Source: Chiloscyllium plagiosum (taxonomy: Eukaryota). From it: a stretch of 64,000 nucleotides of DNA. Below are positions 13,708 to 26,009 of the stretch, piece by piece. The stretch's first letter is position 1; the number at the start of each line of letters is the position of its first letter. The translations under genes and the position numbers were made by a program. Location of the stretch: NCBI RefSeq assembly GCF_004010195.1, contig NC_057750.1, positions 19,688,117 to 19,752,116 on the forward strand, written 5' to 3'. The notes below the pieces were generated by a model. It did not search any database. It had not been told where the DNA came from and saw nothing but the letters and a program-made list of their open reading frames with translations.

Positions 13708-13914
13708 CTAATGATCTTAAGTAACCTACCATCTGAAAAAAAAATTCCTCCTGCTGCAGCTTCTTTTCCCATCATATATCTACTCATCTACTTACCAAAT
13801 GTGCTGCTATAGAGACATTACTTTCTTGGGTTTTCAAAATCTTTCAATCTTGAACACCAGAATGAAGTCTTTTCTTTATCTTCTCAGCTCTGGGGAGAAC
13901 AACTCCAGTGCATA

Positions 13915-15373
13915 CAATGTATCATCGATAGTCAAAGGTGAGATACCGGAAGACTGGAGGTTGGCTTATGTGGTGCCACTGTTTAAGAAAGGTGGTTAGA
14001 CAAGGCAGGGAACTACAGACCAGTAAGCCTGACATCGGTGGTGGGCAAGTTGTTCGAGCGTCAGAATGTCCATGTATTTGGAAAGGCACAGACTGATTAG
14101 GAGTAGTCAGCATGGCTTTGTGCCTGGGAAATCAATCATGTCTCACAAACTTGATTGAGTTTTTTTGAAGAAGTAACAAATAGGGCAGATCGGTAGATGT
14201 GATGTATATGGACTTCAGTAAGGCATTCGACAAGGTTCCCCATGGGAGACTGGTTAGTAAGGTTTGATCTCATGGAAAACAGGGAGAACTAGCCATTTGG
14301 ATACAGAACTGGCTCAAAGGTAGAAGACAGTGGTGAAGGGTTGTTTTTCAGATTGGAGGCCTGTGAACAATGGAGTGCCACAAGAATTGGTGCTGGGTCC
14401 ACTACTTTTCATCATTTATATGAATGATTTGGATGTGAGCAGAACTGGTAGAGTTAGTAAGTTTGCAGATGACACCAAAGTTGGAGGTGTAGTGGACAGC
14501 GAAGAAGGTTACCTCAGATTACAATGGGATCTTGATCAAATGGGCCAATGGATTGAGAAGTGGCAGAGAGACTTTAATTCAAATAAATGCAAGGTATTGC
14601 ATTTTGGGAAAACAAATCTGAGCATGACTTATACACTTAATGGTAAGATCCTAGAGAGTGTTGCTGAACAAAGAGACCTTGGAATGCAGGTTCATAGCTC
14701 CTTGAAAGTGGAGTCACAGGTAGTTAGAATAGTGAAGAAGGCATTTGGTATGCTTTCCTTTATTGGTCAGAGTATTGAGTACAGGAGTTGGGAAGCCATG
14801 TTGCAGCTGTACAGGATATTGTTTCGGCCACTGTTAGAATGTAGTATGCAATTCTGGTCTCCATCTATCTGAAAGATGTTGTGAAACTTGAAAGGGTTCA
14901 GAAAAGATTTACAAGGCATTTGCCAGGTTTGGAGGATTTGAGCTATTGGGAGCGGTTGTATAAGGGTGTTTTCCCTTAAGCGTCGGAGGCTGAGGGGTGA
15001 CCTTATAGAGGTTTATAAAATCATGAGGGGCATGGTTAGCATAAATAGACAAAGTATTTGCCCTGGAGTGAGGGAACCCAGAACTAGAGGGCATATATTT
15101 AGGGTGAGAGGGGAAAGATATAAAAGAGACCTAAGGGACAATGTTTTCACACAGAGGGTGTACGTGTATGGAATGAGCTGCCAGAGGAAGTAGTGGGCTA
15201 GTACAATTATAACATATAAAATGCATCTGGATGGGTATATGAATAGGAAAGGTTTGGAGGGATATGGACTGGGCACAGGCAGGTGGGACTAGATTGGGTT
15301 GGGATATCTGTTTGGCATGGACAAGTTGAACCAAAGTGTCTGTTTCCATGCTGTACATCTCTATGACTCTATG
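13915..15373 (+). mobile_element. 5'-truncated CR1 LINE (RT) in last C1s-like intron
   Basis: GVPQELVLGPLLF, KFADDTK, RRLRGDLIEVYK; terminal (CTATGACT)n-type tail. Confidence 0.92.
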
Positions 15374-15890
15374 AACTTATGCAATCTCTCATCAGGAATT
15401 ATAAGTTTCTTGTCCTTCGCACAAAGCAGCTCAATCTGTTTCCATACACTCTCAGAGAGTTTCATATCCTTTTGAACATAGTGCCCAGGATGAGACATCA
15501 TTGTCCAGCTGGGATCTTAGCAATAACTTCAGAACAGTTTATCAAGTCTTTCAGGATTCTGTCATTCCCAGAGAGTTGAGCACAGATTTTGCCTGGTAAT
15601 CAGATTTGGGGATGGCTTTGTACAATGGGCAACACAGTAGATGCTGTTTAAAATCTCTCACAATTGCAGTTTCTTTGTTTTATTTTACAGAAGATATTGT
15701 TTGGGTCCATTTTAATTGTACACATAGAGGGGATTGTAGTGTGGCTCTTGATGTAACACCATCTGACTGTGTGCTGTCCCCAAATCAAACATGTGCCAGG
15801 GTTTCAGTTTTGGGTAATTAATATTTGCAAGTCTTGCATTTGAGTGGTTATGAGAACTTATTAACTGCTCTGATTTTCATCCCTTCACAG

Positions 15891-16669
15891 TCTGTGGGAT
15901 GAGCCGACTCTCCTCTGAACCTGGGCGCATCTTCGGTGGCAGACCAGCTGAGTTGGGCGATTTTCCCTGGCAGCTGCGTTTGATCATTGGTGGATCTGCA
16001 TATGGGGGTGGAGCCCTGATATCCGATGGTTGGGTGCTGACGGCTGCTCATCTCTTTGACAATTCGCATCAGGTGAATATCCATGGTGGGATTGTTGACA
16101 TGAGACATAGGTCACGAGAAAACCAACTCCCTGTGGAAGAGGTCATTGTGCACCCAGACTATAGGAAACAAGTCCAAAAAGTACAACCCAACTTTGATCA
16201 TGACATTGCCCTGATTAAACTCAAGCAGAAGGTCAAACCTGGACCAAACTTGTCTCCCGTCTGCCTGCCTAAACCAGAAAAAACTTCATCACTGCAGCAT
16301 GGCAAACTGGGCTACATTTCAGGGTGGGGAAGGACGGAAAGACATCAGAAGGCTATCTTCCTGCAGTATGCTGCCATACCTATCGCCAGCATGGACCACT
16401 GCACAGGTTCAAACTATGAGGAACCGAAGCCAATTTTCACCTCCAACATGATCTGTGCTGGAAGAAGTGATTTTGACTCCTGCCAAGGTGATGCTGGGGG
16501 ACCCTTTGTGTTCAAGGAGCCCCAGGACCAGAATCGTTATGTGACCAGGGGCATTGTGTCTTTTGGACCCAAGCATTGTGGCATTAATGGGTTGTACACT
16601 CATGTGGAGAAGTATCTGGACTGGATTGAGACAACCATAAGGAAATATGAAAGAAACGAGGAGGACTGA
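15891..16669 (+). CDS. C1S: C1s-like gene, terminal exon: linker + intronless serine protease domain with catalytic Ser->Ala
   Basis: cccttcacAG acceptor, phase 1 gives VCGMSR...GR|IFGG; FPWQ, WVLTAAH, NFDHDIAL, GWGRTE, FTSNMICAG, DSCQGDAGGP; no His-loop Cys (GGGALI), single-exon protease as in C1r/C1s/MASP2/3; closest by recall to C1s. Upstream CUB-EGF-CUB exons lie outside window. Confidence 0.88.
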
Positions 16670-16694
16670 ACTAATCCATTCTGCTGTCAATCAC

Positions 16695-16700
16695 AATAAA
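16695..16700 (+). promoter_or_regulatory. Candidate polyadenylation signal of C1s-like gene
   Basis: AATAAA 26 nt after the stop, followed by a T-rich tract. Confidence 0.55.
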
Positions 16701-16989
16701 GTATAATGGTGAATTTGTGTATTTCTTTCTTTCTCGCCATTTTCCTTTCTGTCTCTTTGTATTCCTCTTTTTCTCCTCCTGAGAAACAGGAAGTCAAACC
16801 CTTTTGTGGAAGTCATACCCTTCTTCCTATTTCTCAGTCTCTTTCTCACAATCTCTGTCTTCAAATCTCTCTCTCTCTTTCCCTTTCCATATATAAAGTT
16901 AATTGGAATGAGCTGTGAAATAGTTCTGCCTCCCATTTAAAATAATGGAACCCCATTCTTGTGTGTGTATGTTTTTATTTGTTTCAAGT

Positions 16990-17300
16990 TTGAGAGACAG
17001 AGAATAAATGAGATAGGGAGGGGTAGAGGGACATGAATGAGAGGCAGAGGGGCATAGAGAATAAAATAGAGAGGGGGTAGAGATAGAGAGGAATAGAGAT
17101 TATATATAGAGAAAGATATGGTGGAACAAATGGAGATAGATTCACACAAAAATATACAGCGCACACACAGGTGGAGATATATTTGGAAGGCAAAACAAAG
17201 AATGAGAAATACACAGCTATATACAGACACAGAGAGAGAGAGAGAGAGATGCACACGCAGGCAAATGGAGAGAAATAGAAATTTAGGGAGAAAGAAATAT
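16990..17300. repeat. GA-rich low-complexity / (GA)n tract
   Basis: Direct inspection. Confidence 0.7.
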
Positions 17301-17674
17301 GGGCAAAGTTGCACAATGCTTTTGAAGTAGAAAGTTGTGTCTCAGCAATTTCCTGAATTTGAGGTCAGAAACTTTTCTCAGAATCAAAGGTAAAGAGGCC
17401 AGCTCAATCTCGGACTGTTACCAGGGATAGATTCAGTACCCAGGGAATAGAGAAGTGAGTACAAACAATAAATTAAATCTTATTAACATCTAATTGGATG
17501 ATTTTTCTGCTCATCCAGAACTGAATGTTTGATAACTAGGCTGCAAAATAACAAAATTGGAGCAGTCAAGAGGGATGTTGGTGAGGTTATCTGCATACAT
17601 GAGGAAACTAACACTGTGCCTCAGGTGACATTGGTTCCAGTTGAGACTGAAAGATTTTTAGGTTGTAAGTAACT

Positions 17675-18986
17675 ATAATCTTTAAAGAATATTTGGATAA
17701 CCACTTAAATTATCAGAATATCAAGGTTATGGACAAGCTGCAGGAAAATGGGACTCAAGTAAGGTTAGAGTAGTTTTTGTTGGTGAGTCTCAATAGACTG
17801 AAGGGCCTCTTCTGTACTATATGATTCTATGATCACACCTTGGCCTATGGTCACACCTTCAGTATAATATACTGAAGAACATTGGAGAAGAATATGAGAT
17901 TGGATATGCATGAACAGAGAGCTCAAGGTTTGATTCTTTGAAGAAAAGGGATGGTGATGGTCGATTTAAAGGAGAGACTGGCAACACTGGAAGAAGGAAA
18001 TCCATTTGTTATATCATTTAAAATTCGTGACACGGGAGGAAATGTTCTATGATCAACAATTTCGTGGGAAGAGAATCAAGAAGATAAAAAGAGTTTATAT
18101 GAACAAATAGAGCACAACAAAGATATGAGTTTGGAAGTAGGACATTGAAGAATAAAATACAAGGCCATTGAGGCTAGTGGCAGGATGGATGTGGCAGAGA
18201 TGACATCAACTGTTGCATTCTCCATCGCAATGCTTCTACACCCAGAATCCTATTCCCAAACAATTAGTGTTTTCCTCTCAGAGAAAAAATTCTGGTTTCC
18301 TTTTATTGGTACTTCTTGCAAATTGTGCTGATGAGCACAAGGTGAAAACTTTCAATAAAACGTATTCTTTCACTAATATCCATGTTCTGAACTACCATTG
18401 AGTTGAAAATGCATTATAATATTATTTTCCAGTTACAGATATACAATGTATTATTGAGGTGCAGAAGGGAATTGTGAATGGAGAATGGCATGAACATTTG
18501 AGCACAGATGATTGAAACACAGAGAGTAGTGTGAGATGACATGGAGAACAGATTGGAAAGTTTACATGGAGTGAGAGATTCATGGAGGATTAGAGAATAG
18601 GGACCCCAGAAAACACAATCAGTGGGAGGTCTGCATCACTGAGAATGAGATTTTCTCAGTGCAGACGCTGAGTGAGGAAAGCAGTGAAGAGTTCTATATA
18701 ATAAAAGGTATCTGTAAGAGCAGCAGAAAATAAAGAGTGAGAAAAATAGTGGAGGAGAGTGGAACAAGGCAAGATGCTGAAAGGAGCATAAAGTGCAAGA
18801 GGATTAGACAGTTAGGCCAAGGTGTGATCATAGAATCATATAGTACAGAAGAGGCCCTTCAATCTGTTGAGACTCACCAACAAAAACTACTCTAAGCTTA
18901 CTTGAGTCCCATTTTCCTGCAGCTTGTCCAAAACCTTGAGTATTCTGATAATTTAAGTGGTTATCCAAATATTCTTTAAAGATTAT
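17675..18986. repeat. ~173-bp inverted duplication (17675-17847 vs 18813-18986)
   Basis: Arms are reverse complements with few mismatches and extend past the CR1 tail into flank (cacaccttggccta). Confidence 0.85.
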
Positions 18987-20620
18987 GAGGTTTTCTTCCT
19001 CAACTATCCTCCGAGATAGTACATTTCGCATTTCCACACCAGATGATAAATCTTTTCTTCAAATCCCCTCTAAACGGCCACTTGTTACTGCCCCTTCAAC
19101 AAAGTTGCTTACTATCCATCCTGTCCATGTCCCTCATAGTTTGATTCACGTGAGTCAGGTTCTCTCTCAGCCTTCTCTGCTTCAAATAAAGCCACCCATT
19201 TTAACCAACTGAACTACTCCATTCCAGGCCACAAACTGGTGAATCTCTTCTGCAGCTCCAAGTGCAATTACTTCCTTCCTATTATGTCCAGAACTGCATG
19301 CAGCATTCCAGCTGTGGCCTAGGGGAAGTCTTATACAGCTCCAACATAACCTCCTTCCTCTGATAATCTATGCCCTGACTGATAAACACAAGTTTCCCAC
19401 ATAAAGTCACAGTGATGTGCAGCATGGAAACAGATCCTTCAGTCCAACTTGTCCATGCCAACCAGTATCCCAACAATATCTAGTCCCACATGCCAGCACT
19501 TTGCCCATATCCTTCTAAATCCTCGCTATTCATATACCCATCCAGATGCATTTTAAATGCTACAATTGCATCAGCCTCCACAATTTCCTCTGGCATCTCA
19601 TTCCATACACACACCACCCTCTGTGTGAAAAAGTTTCCCCTTAAGGCCCTTTTATATCTTTCCCCTCTCAACCTAAATGTATGCCCTCTCGTTCTGGATT
19701 CCCTCACTCTAAGGAAAAGACTTTGTCTATTTATCCTATCCATGCGCCTCATGATTATGTAAATCGCTATAAGGTCACCCCTCAGCCTCTGATGCTCCAG
19801 GGAAAATAGCCTCAGCCTCTGATGCTCCAGGGAAAACAGCCACAGCCTCTTCCTATAGCTCAAATCCTCCAACCTTTTTCGAATCCTTTCAAGTTTCACA
19901 ACAGCCTTCCAATAGGAAGGAGACCAGAATTGCATGCAATATTCTAAAAGTAGATTAACCGACAGCCTGTTCTGTCACAACATGACCCCCCAATGCCTCT
20001 ACTCAATACTCTGACCAATAAAGGAAAGCATACCAAATGCCTTCTTTACTGGCCTATCTACTTGTGACTCTACTTTCAGGGATCTATGAACCTGTACTCC
20101 AAGGTCTGTTTGTTCAGCAACATTCCCTTGGACCTTACCAATAAGTGTACAAGCCCTGCTAAGATTTGCTTTTCCAAAGTGCAGCATCTCACAAATGACA
20201 CTCCATCTTCCACTTCTCAGCCCATTGGCCCGTATGATCAAGATCCCATTGTACTCCGTGGTAACCTGTTTTGCCGTCCACTACATCTCCAATTTTTATG
20301 TTATCTAAAATTAAATCTCCTACGTTCACATTCAAATCAGTTATATAAATGATGAAAAGTAGTGGACCCAGCACTGGACCTTGTGGCACTCCACAGGTCA
20401 CAGGTCTCCAGTCTGAAATGCAACCCTCCACCACTACCCTCTGTCTTCTTAACGATCCTACTAACACGACCTGCTACCTTCAGGGATCTGTAAACAAGCA
20501 CCCCAATATCCTTCTGTTCCTCTGAGCTTTCTAGTATACTATCATTCATGGACTTCTCCCTTAGTTTGTTATTTCTTCATAACCGTATCACTTAGCAGGT
20601 TTAAACTCAATATGATGATG
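18828..20620 (-). mobile_element. Nested CR1 LINEs: younger copy (~19405-20445) inside an older one
   Basis: Minus ORFs with GVPQGPVLGPLLF, QFWSP, RLRGDL; two 3' tails; 30-bp tandem duplication at 19781-19840. Confidence 0.85.
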
Positions 20621-22029
20621 ATTTTTTGATGATTTTACTGTCATGTATGTTTCATAGTGAGGAAAACAGTAAATTAGAGTAAAATATTATAATTGTCGCC
20701 ACAATCTGACACCATTTTTAAAAAGTATAAGAATCAGGAAGCCACAAAAATAGAAGCTGTAGCTTAAACTGCATCTATCCTCAGCTGGCTCCTTGTCAAC
20801 AAAGCCTGCACCACTATCGTTCCCCCACCACCTCACTGCTACCTGCACCGAACCCAACCGATGTTGAGGTTGCCACTCTCCAGGCACCATCTTTCACTGC
20901 TGGGCTAATTCTCCTCCACTACTGCCTTGCTGTCACATGCACGGACCCACAAAAGTTGGAGTCTCCTCTCTTGCTACTGGACCCACCTCACCAATGTAAA
21001 CATGATGGCCAATCTGCAACTGCTTTGCCACCATCAGCACCAGACCCAACCAATAAAAACGTTGCCAACCCTCAGGCACCATCTCTTACCTCTGGGCCCA
21101 CCTCACTAATGTTGTCTCCGCCAATATTGCAGCTGCTTATTCCAATGCCAGTTCCTGCGCTTGCCCCAGAAAAGTAAGTAAGCCCCTCAGTCGAGTCCAC
21201 ACTGGACTCACGTGGGGAGAGTGAGTCAAAGATAAAAAGAACAGACAAGAAAGGAAAAGAAACAAAAAGAAAAGCAGACAGACTGAATGAGTCTTGGGCT
21301 CAGGAGCTTTACTCCACCATCAATTAAAAGTTTTTAAAAAATGAGAAAGAAGGTAATAAGAGAGAAAAATGGATGGAGTGTTCAAGCTCCAGTGTTCAGG
21401 AGCCTGAACACAGCATTGTGTACACTGCCGCCATCATGACCAGAAGTTTGCCATTGATCTGCCCATCAAACCAATCCATTTAAGTCTTTCTGTAACCGAA
21501 GACCTTTCTTCTCACTGCCACCAACCTGAGCAATCTCCATGCCATCTACAAACTTTCCTACCATCTCTCACGCTTAGTTTCTTCAATATCTATAATCACA
21601 AACAATAAAAGATCCAGTACTAATTGCTGTGGCATGCCATGGGACAGGAGCATCCAGAGACACAAATAGCTTCCTACCATAACCTTCTGCCTTCCTGATT
21701 CCAGGGTCATAGATGTTTCAGAGTGGGCACATGATATTCTGAAAGGATAGGGTAGGCAGCCAGAGATTGTGGTCCATATTGGGACTAACAACATCAGCAG
21801 AAACAGAGATGATGTCCTGCAAATGGAATTTAGGAAGTTGGGTAAGAAGTTGCAAAGCAGATCTCCAGGGTTGTAATCTCAGGATTACTTCCTGTGTCAT
21901 GCGTGAGTGAGGCCAAAAATAGGAAGATAGCATAGTTAAATGCAGGGGCTACAGAGCTGATGTAGGATGGATGGCTTCAGATAGCTAGATGATTGGGATC
22001 ACTTCCAGGGCAGGTGGGATCTGTATAAC

Positions 22030-24800
22030 TAAAACCGAAATTGCTGGGAAAGCTCAGCACATCTGGCAACATTTGTGAAGAGAAATCACAGTTCATATTT
22101 TGGGTCCAATGTCCCTTCCTTAGAACAGATGGTAGCTTGGAAAATGTTATTTTTTTATGCAGAAGATAGGGTGGATAGAGGGAGAAGGAGGAAACAATAG
22201 GTGGGTATAGTGCCCAAAGAGAGGGGAAAACAGACAAAGGAGTGGATTACGATCCTGGCTGGGAGGATGGCTAGCTGTTAGTGGCTAACAATGAGTTGTG
22301 TGTAATAGCAGACTATGTGATAACAAGGTCAGGTGTATGGGGTTGGGGTAAGGACATAGGAGAGCTCAAATCCTAAAGTTATTGAACTCGATATTGAATC
22401 CTGAAGGCTGCAGGGTCCCCAACTGTAAAATGAGGTGTTTTTCCTGCAGCTTATACTGAGCTTCATTTGAGCACTGCAGCAAGGCTGAGGGAGAGATATT
22501 GGCCAGAAAACAGGGTGGTGTGTTGAACTGACAGGCAACTGCAATTTCAGGGTCATTTTTGTGGGCAGAATGTCAGTGTTCTGTAGAGGCATCACCCAGT
22601 TTACCCTTTGTTTCCCCAGTGTAATGAAGTCCACATTGTGAGCAATGATTACAGTCGACCAAGTTGTGTGAAGCGCAAGTAAAAGATTGCTTCAAATGAA
22701 AAGTATATTGGATACGGAGGATGGAGGAGGTAAATGGGCAGAGATTGCAGAAAAAGGTACCAAGGAACTGTGGGAGGAATGGGGGTGGGGTGGGGGGGGG
22801 AGTGGGTGTTGGGAGTGAAGGAAGAGTGGACCATGGTGTCCCAAAGGCAACAGTCCCCCGGAAGACAGACAAGCGAGGGGATGGGAACATGTATTTGATG
22901 GTGGCACCTCACTAGAGGTGGCAGAAATGGCAGATAATGATCTTCTGAGTGTGGCCGCTGGTGGGATAGTAGGTAAGGTCAAGGGGAACCCTATCGCTGT
23001 TATGGGAGGGAAGGGAGGGCCAAAATGTGAGGTTGGGTCAGACCTGGTTGAAGGCTCTGTCAGCTGAAGGAATCATCAGCTGAGGAAGAAGATTCTGGAG
23101 GCTCCCTTGTGGAAGTCGGTCTCGTTGGAACATACGTGTCAAAGAGACAAGAAGAATTGAGAGAACGGAATAGGGTGTGAGGATGTATAGTCCAGGTCAC
23201 TATGGCAGACGGTGGGTTTATAGTGGGCAGTCAAAACCAGAAATAGAAATAGAGATGTCGAGTAAGGGAAGGGAGGAGTCAAGGATGGACCAGGTGAAAG
23301 TGAGGATGGGTTGGAAACTGGAAGCGAAATTGATAAACCTTTCCACTTCTGGATGTGAGATGAAAACAGCACCAATGCTATCACTGATATATTAGAGAAG
23401 CAGTTGTGGGTGGGGGACGCAGAATAGGACTGGAACAAGGCATGTTCCATATACCCCACAAAGAGACAGGCATAACCAGGGCACATGTGGGTTACCATGG
23501 CCTCCCTGTGACCTGAAGGAAATGAGAGGAGTTACAACAGAAGTTGTTGAGGGGAAGGATGAGCTTGGCCAGGCGGAGGAGGATGGTGGTAGGTAAGGAC
23601 GGTTCAGGCCTTTGCTCCAGGAGGAAGCAGAGAGCCTGAGACCATCCTGGTGGAGGATGGACGTGTAAAGGGATTGCACGGCCATGGTAAAGAGGAGGTG
23701 GCTGCAGCCTGCAAACTGGAAATTCCAAAACGGACATAAAGCAATAGAGGAATTGTGGATGTAAATGGGCTGGGACTAGACCAGGGCCGAAAAGACCCAG
23801 TCAAAGTAGGAAGAGCTGAGTTCTATAGGTCAGAAGGAGGTGGAAACAATGGGTCAGTCCAGGCAGTCCTGTCTGTGGATTTTAAAATGGAAGTAGAAGC
23901 GTGCTGAGCAGGGCTGGGATGCTTTCAATTTGGATGCAGTGGGGGGAGGGGGGAAATCATCAGATGAAATAAGATTAGTGACCATAGTAGATAAAATGGC
24001 CTGATGTTCCATGGTGGGGTCATGGTCCAGGGGAGATTGAAGGAAGTATCTGAGAGCTGACCCTTAGCCTCTGTAATGCAGGGGTCAGTATGCCGGACTA
24101 CAACAGCACCACCCTTATTGGCAGGCTTCATAAAGCCAGGATTGGATCTGAGCATACAGAGTGCAGTCAGTTTGGGGACAGAGAAACAGGTGGTCAATGT
24201 CACATCGAAAGTTCTCAATGAACAGATAGGTTGCAGGGAGAAGATCAAAAGGAGGGGTCCACGTGGAGGGAGACTGTTGGTGGTGGAGGCGAAGGATTCT
24301 GTGGGAACAGGAGAGGACTCTTGCCCAAAGAAATGGACACAGAATGACTTTGCTGAGTGCATCATCGGAGAGCATAAGGTCAGTAGAGATGGTGGATACC
24401 CAATAGGAGGTGCAGTTGGGGAGGGGATGGATTCAGGGGGAAGGAGAGGAGAGGAAGGTTCCAGAGGGTCATGGAGTTGTTTCATCTTGTGGGCCTTGAT
24501 GCCTGAAAGGAAAATAAACAGTTTACAGTTAGCACGGTAAAGGAGCTGGAGGAGGAGGAGGAACTACAGAGTGGTGCAGCCCTGAGTCAGTGTGATGTGA
24601 TGCTGTTGGAGAGAGAGATTGAGAGTGCGCAAGTGATGATACATGGCATTGAGTGTGAATCTTAGGATGCAGCGGGAGTAGCTGTCTGTGGAATAGTGAG
24701 CATCACAGAGATACCTGTGATCCTGGCTGGATTCAAAGCAGGAAGGATGAACCTACATGGGGTGAGTCGGTAAGGAATGTGATGTTACTGTGGAAACAGA
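22030..24800 (-). mobile_element. Degenerate Penelope-like element (RT and GIY-YIG remnants)
   Basis: KPANKGGAVVV, AVQSLYTSI, THMCPGYACLFVGY, CSQCGLHYTGETK in broken frames. Confidence 0.8.
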
Positions 24801-24984
24801 TTTTAAATACATGGTCAAACACCAGAAATGACAGTGAAATTAATGACAGTGGACAAGAGAAAGGTTGGAGCAGAAGTCCCATCAGAGAGAGGAGCAGAAT
24901 TCTTCAAGACGGACATACCCAGAAGAGCTAAGGGAGTGAGCAAAATACCAAATAAAATCCAAAAGAGATTTGGTAAAGTAAATC

Positions 24985-25505
24985 AGAAACAAAAACCAGA
25001 AATTGCTGGAAAAGCTCAACAGGTCTGGCAGCATTAGTGATGAGAAATCATGGTTAACTTTCCAAGTCCAGTGACCCTTCCTCTGAACTGATGGGAGCTA
25101 GGAAAATGTTGGTTTTTATATGGGAGAGAGGGTGATGGGAGGAGGTAAGGAGTGAATGATAGGTGGGGACAAAGCCCAAAGACAGAGAAGAATAATTGGA
25201 CAGACAAAGTAGGGGACAATGATCTAGCCAGGAGGATCCATGCATGTCCCCAGAGCCTCCCCTCTGAGCTGAAGAAAATGAGAGGAGTTAAAAAGAGGTT
25301 GTTTAGGGTGAGGGCAAGCTCGGCCAGGCAGAGGAGACTGGTGGGGTGTGGGCACGGTTCAGGCCTTTGATCCAGGAGGAAGCGGAGAGTCCTGAGATGA
25401 TCCTGTTGGGGGGTGGACGTGTAACGGGATTGCACAGCCATGGTAAAGGGGAAGTGGCTCGAGTCTGCAAACTGGAGACTCCAAAACGTAGGATCTGTCA
25501 AAGTA
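24985..25505 (-). mobile_element. Internally deleted Penelope-like fragment
   Basis: FTMAVQSRYTS...LAELALTLNN joined directly to terminal repeat like 22030-22260. Confidence 0.7.
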
Positions 25506-26009
25506 GGATGGGGTGCACCTGAACTGGTGGAGCACCAATCTCCTTACACACAGTTTTACTGGTGCCATTTGGGAGAGTTTAAACCAGTGTGACAGGGAGT
25601 AGGCACCAGCGCAGTAGGTGAGGATGTGGAGTGATTAAGAAGAAGGCACAGGTAAGTCTGACAGAAGAACACACATTGCCAGGTTAATGGACATGGCAGG
25701 ACCTGCAGTCTGCAGTGTATTGATTATAATGCAAAGAGTAAAATAGATAAGGTAGATGAATTTAAAGCCTGGATTAGCACCTTGGATAATGATATTGTTA
25801 GCCATTACAGAAACTTCTTTGAGACACAGCCAGGACTGGCAGCTGGTGACTCTGTTTTGGGCCACTGAACGACAACGCTGCTTTGGAGGCTGGGGTCAAG
25901 TGTCCGAGGTCAAAAGCAGGGAGGAGAGGGGGAGGAAGAGAAAATCAAGAATAATAAACAGGTGTTCCATTTGGAGTGTCCTTCTCTGCTGCCATTTTTA
26001 TGGAATTAC

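Noticed and set aside
15899-16669. Stand-alone single-exon trypsin-like gene starting at Met 15899
   Set aside because: No signal peptide; splice acceptor at 15890 and three in-phase CCP exons show it is a terminal exon.
16691-17330. Hydrophobic or charged ORFs after the C1s-like stop
   Set aside because: Products of CT/GA low-complexity sequence.
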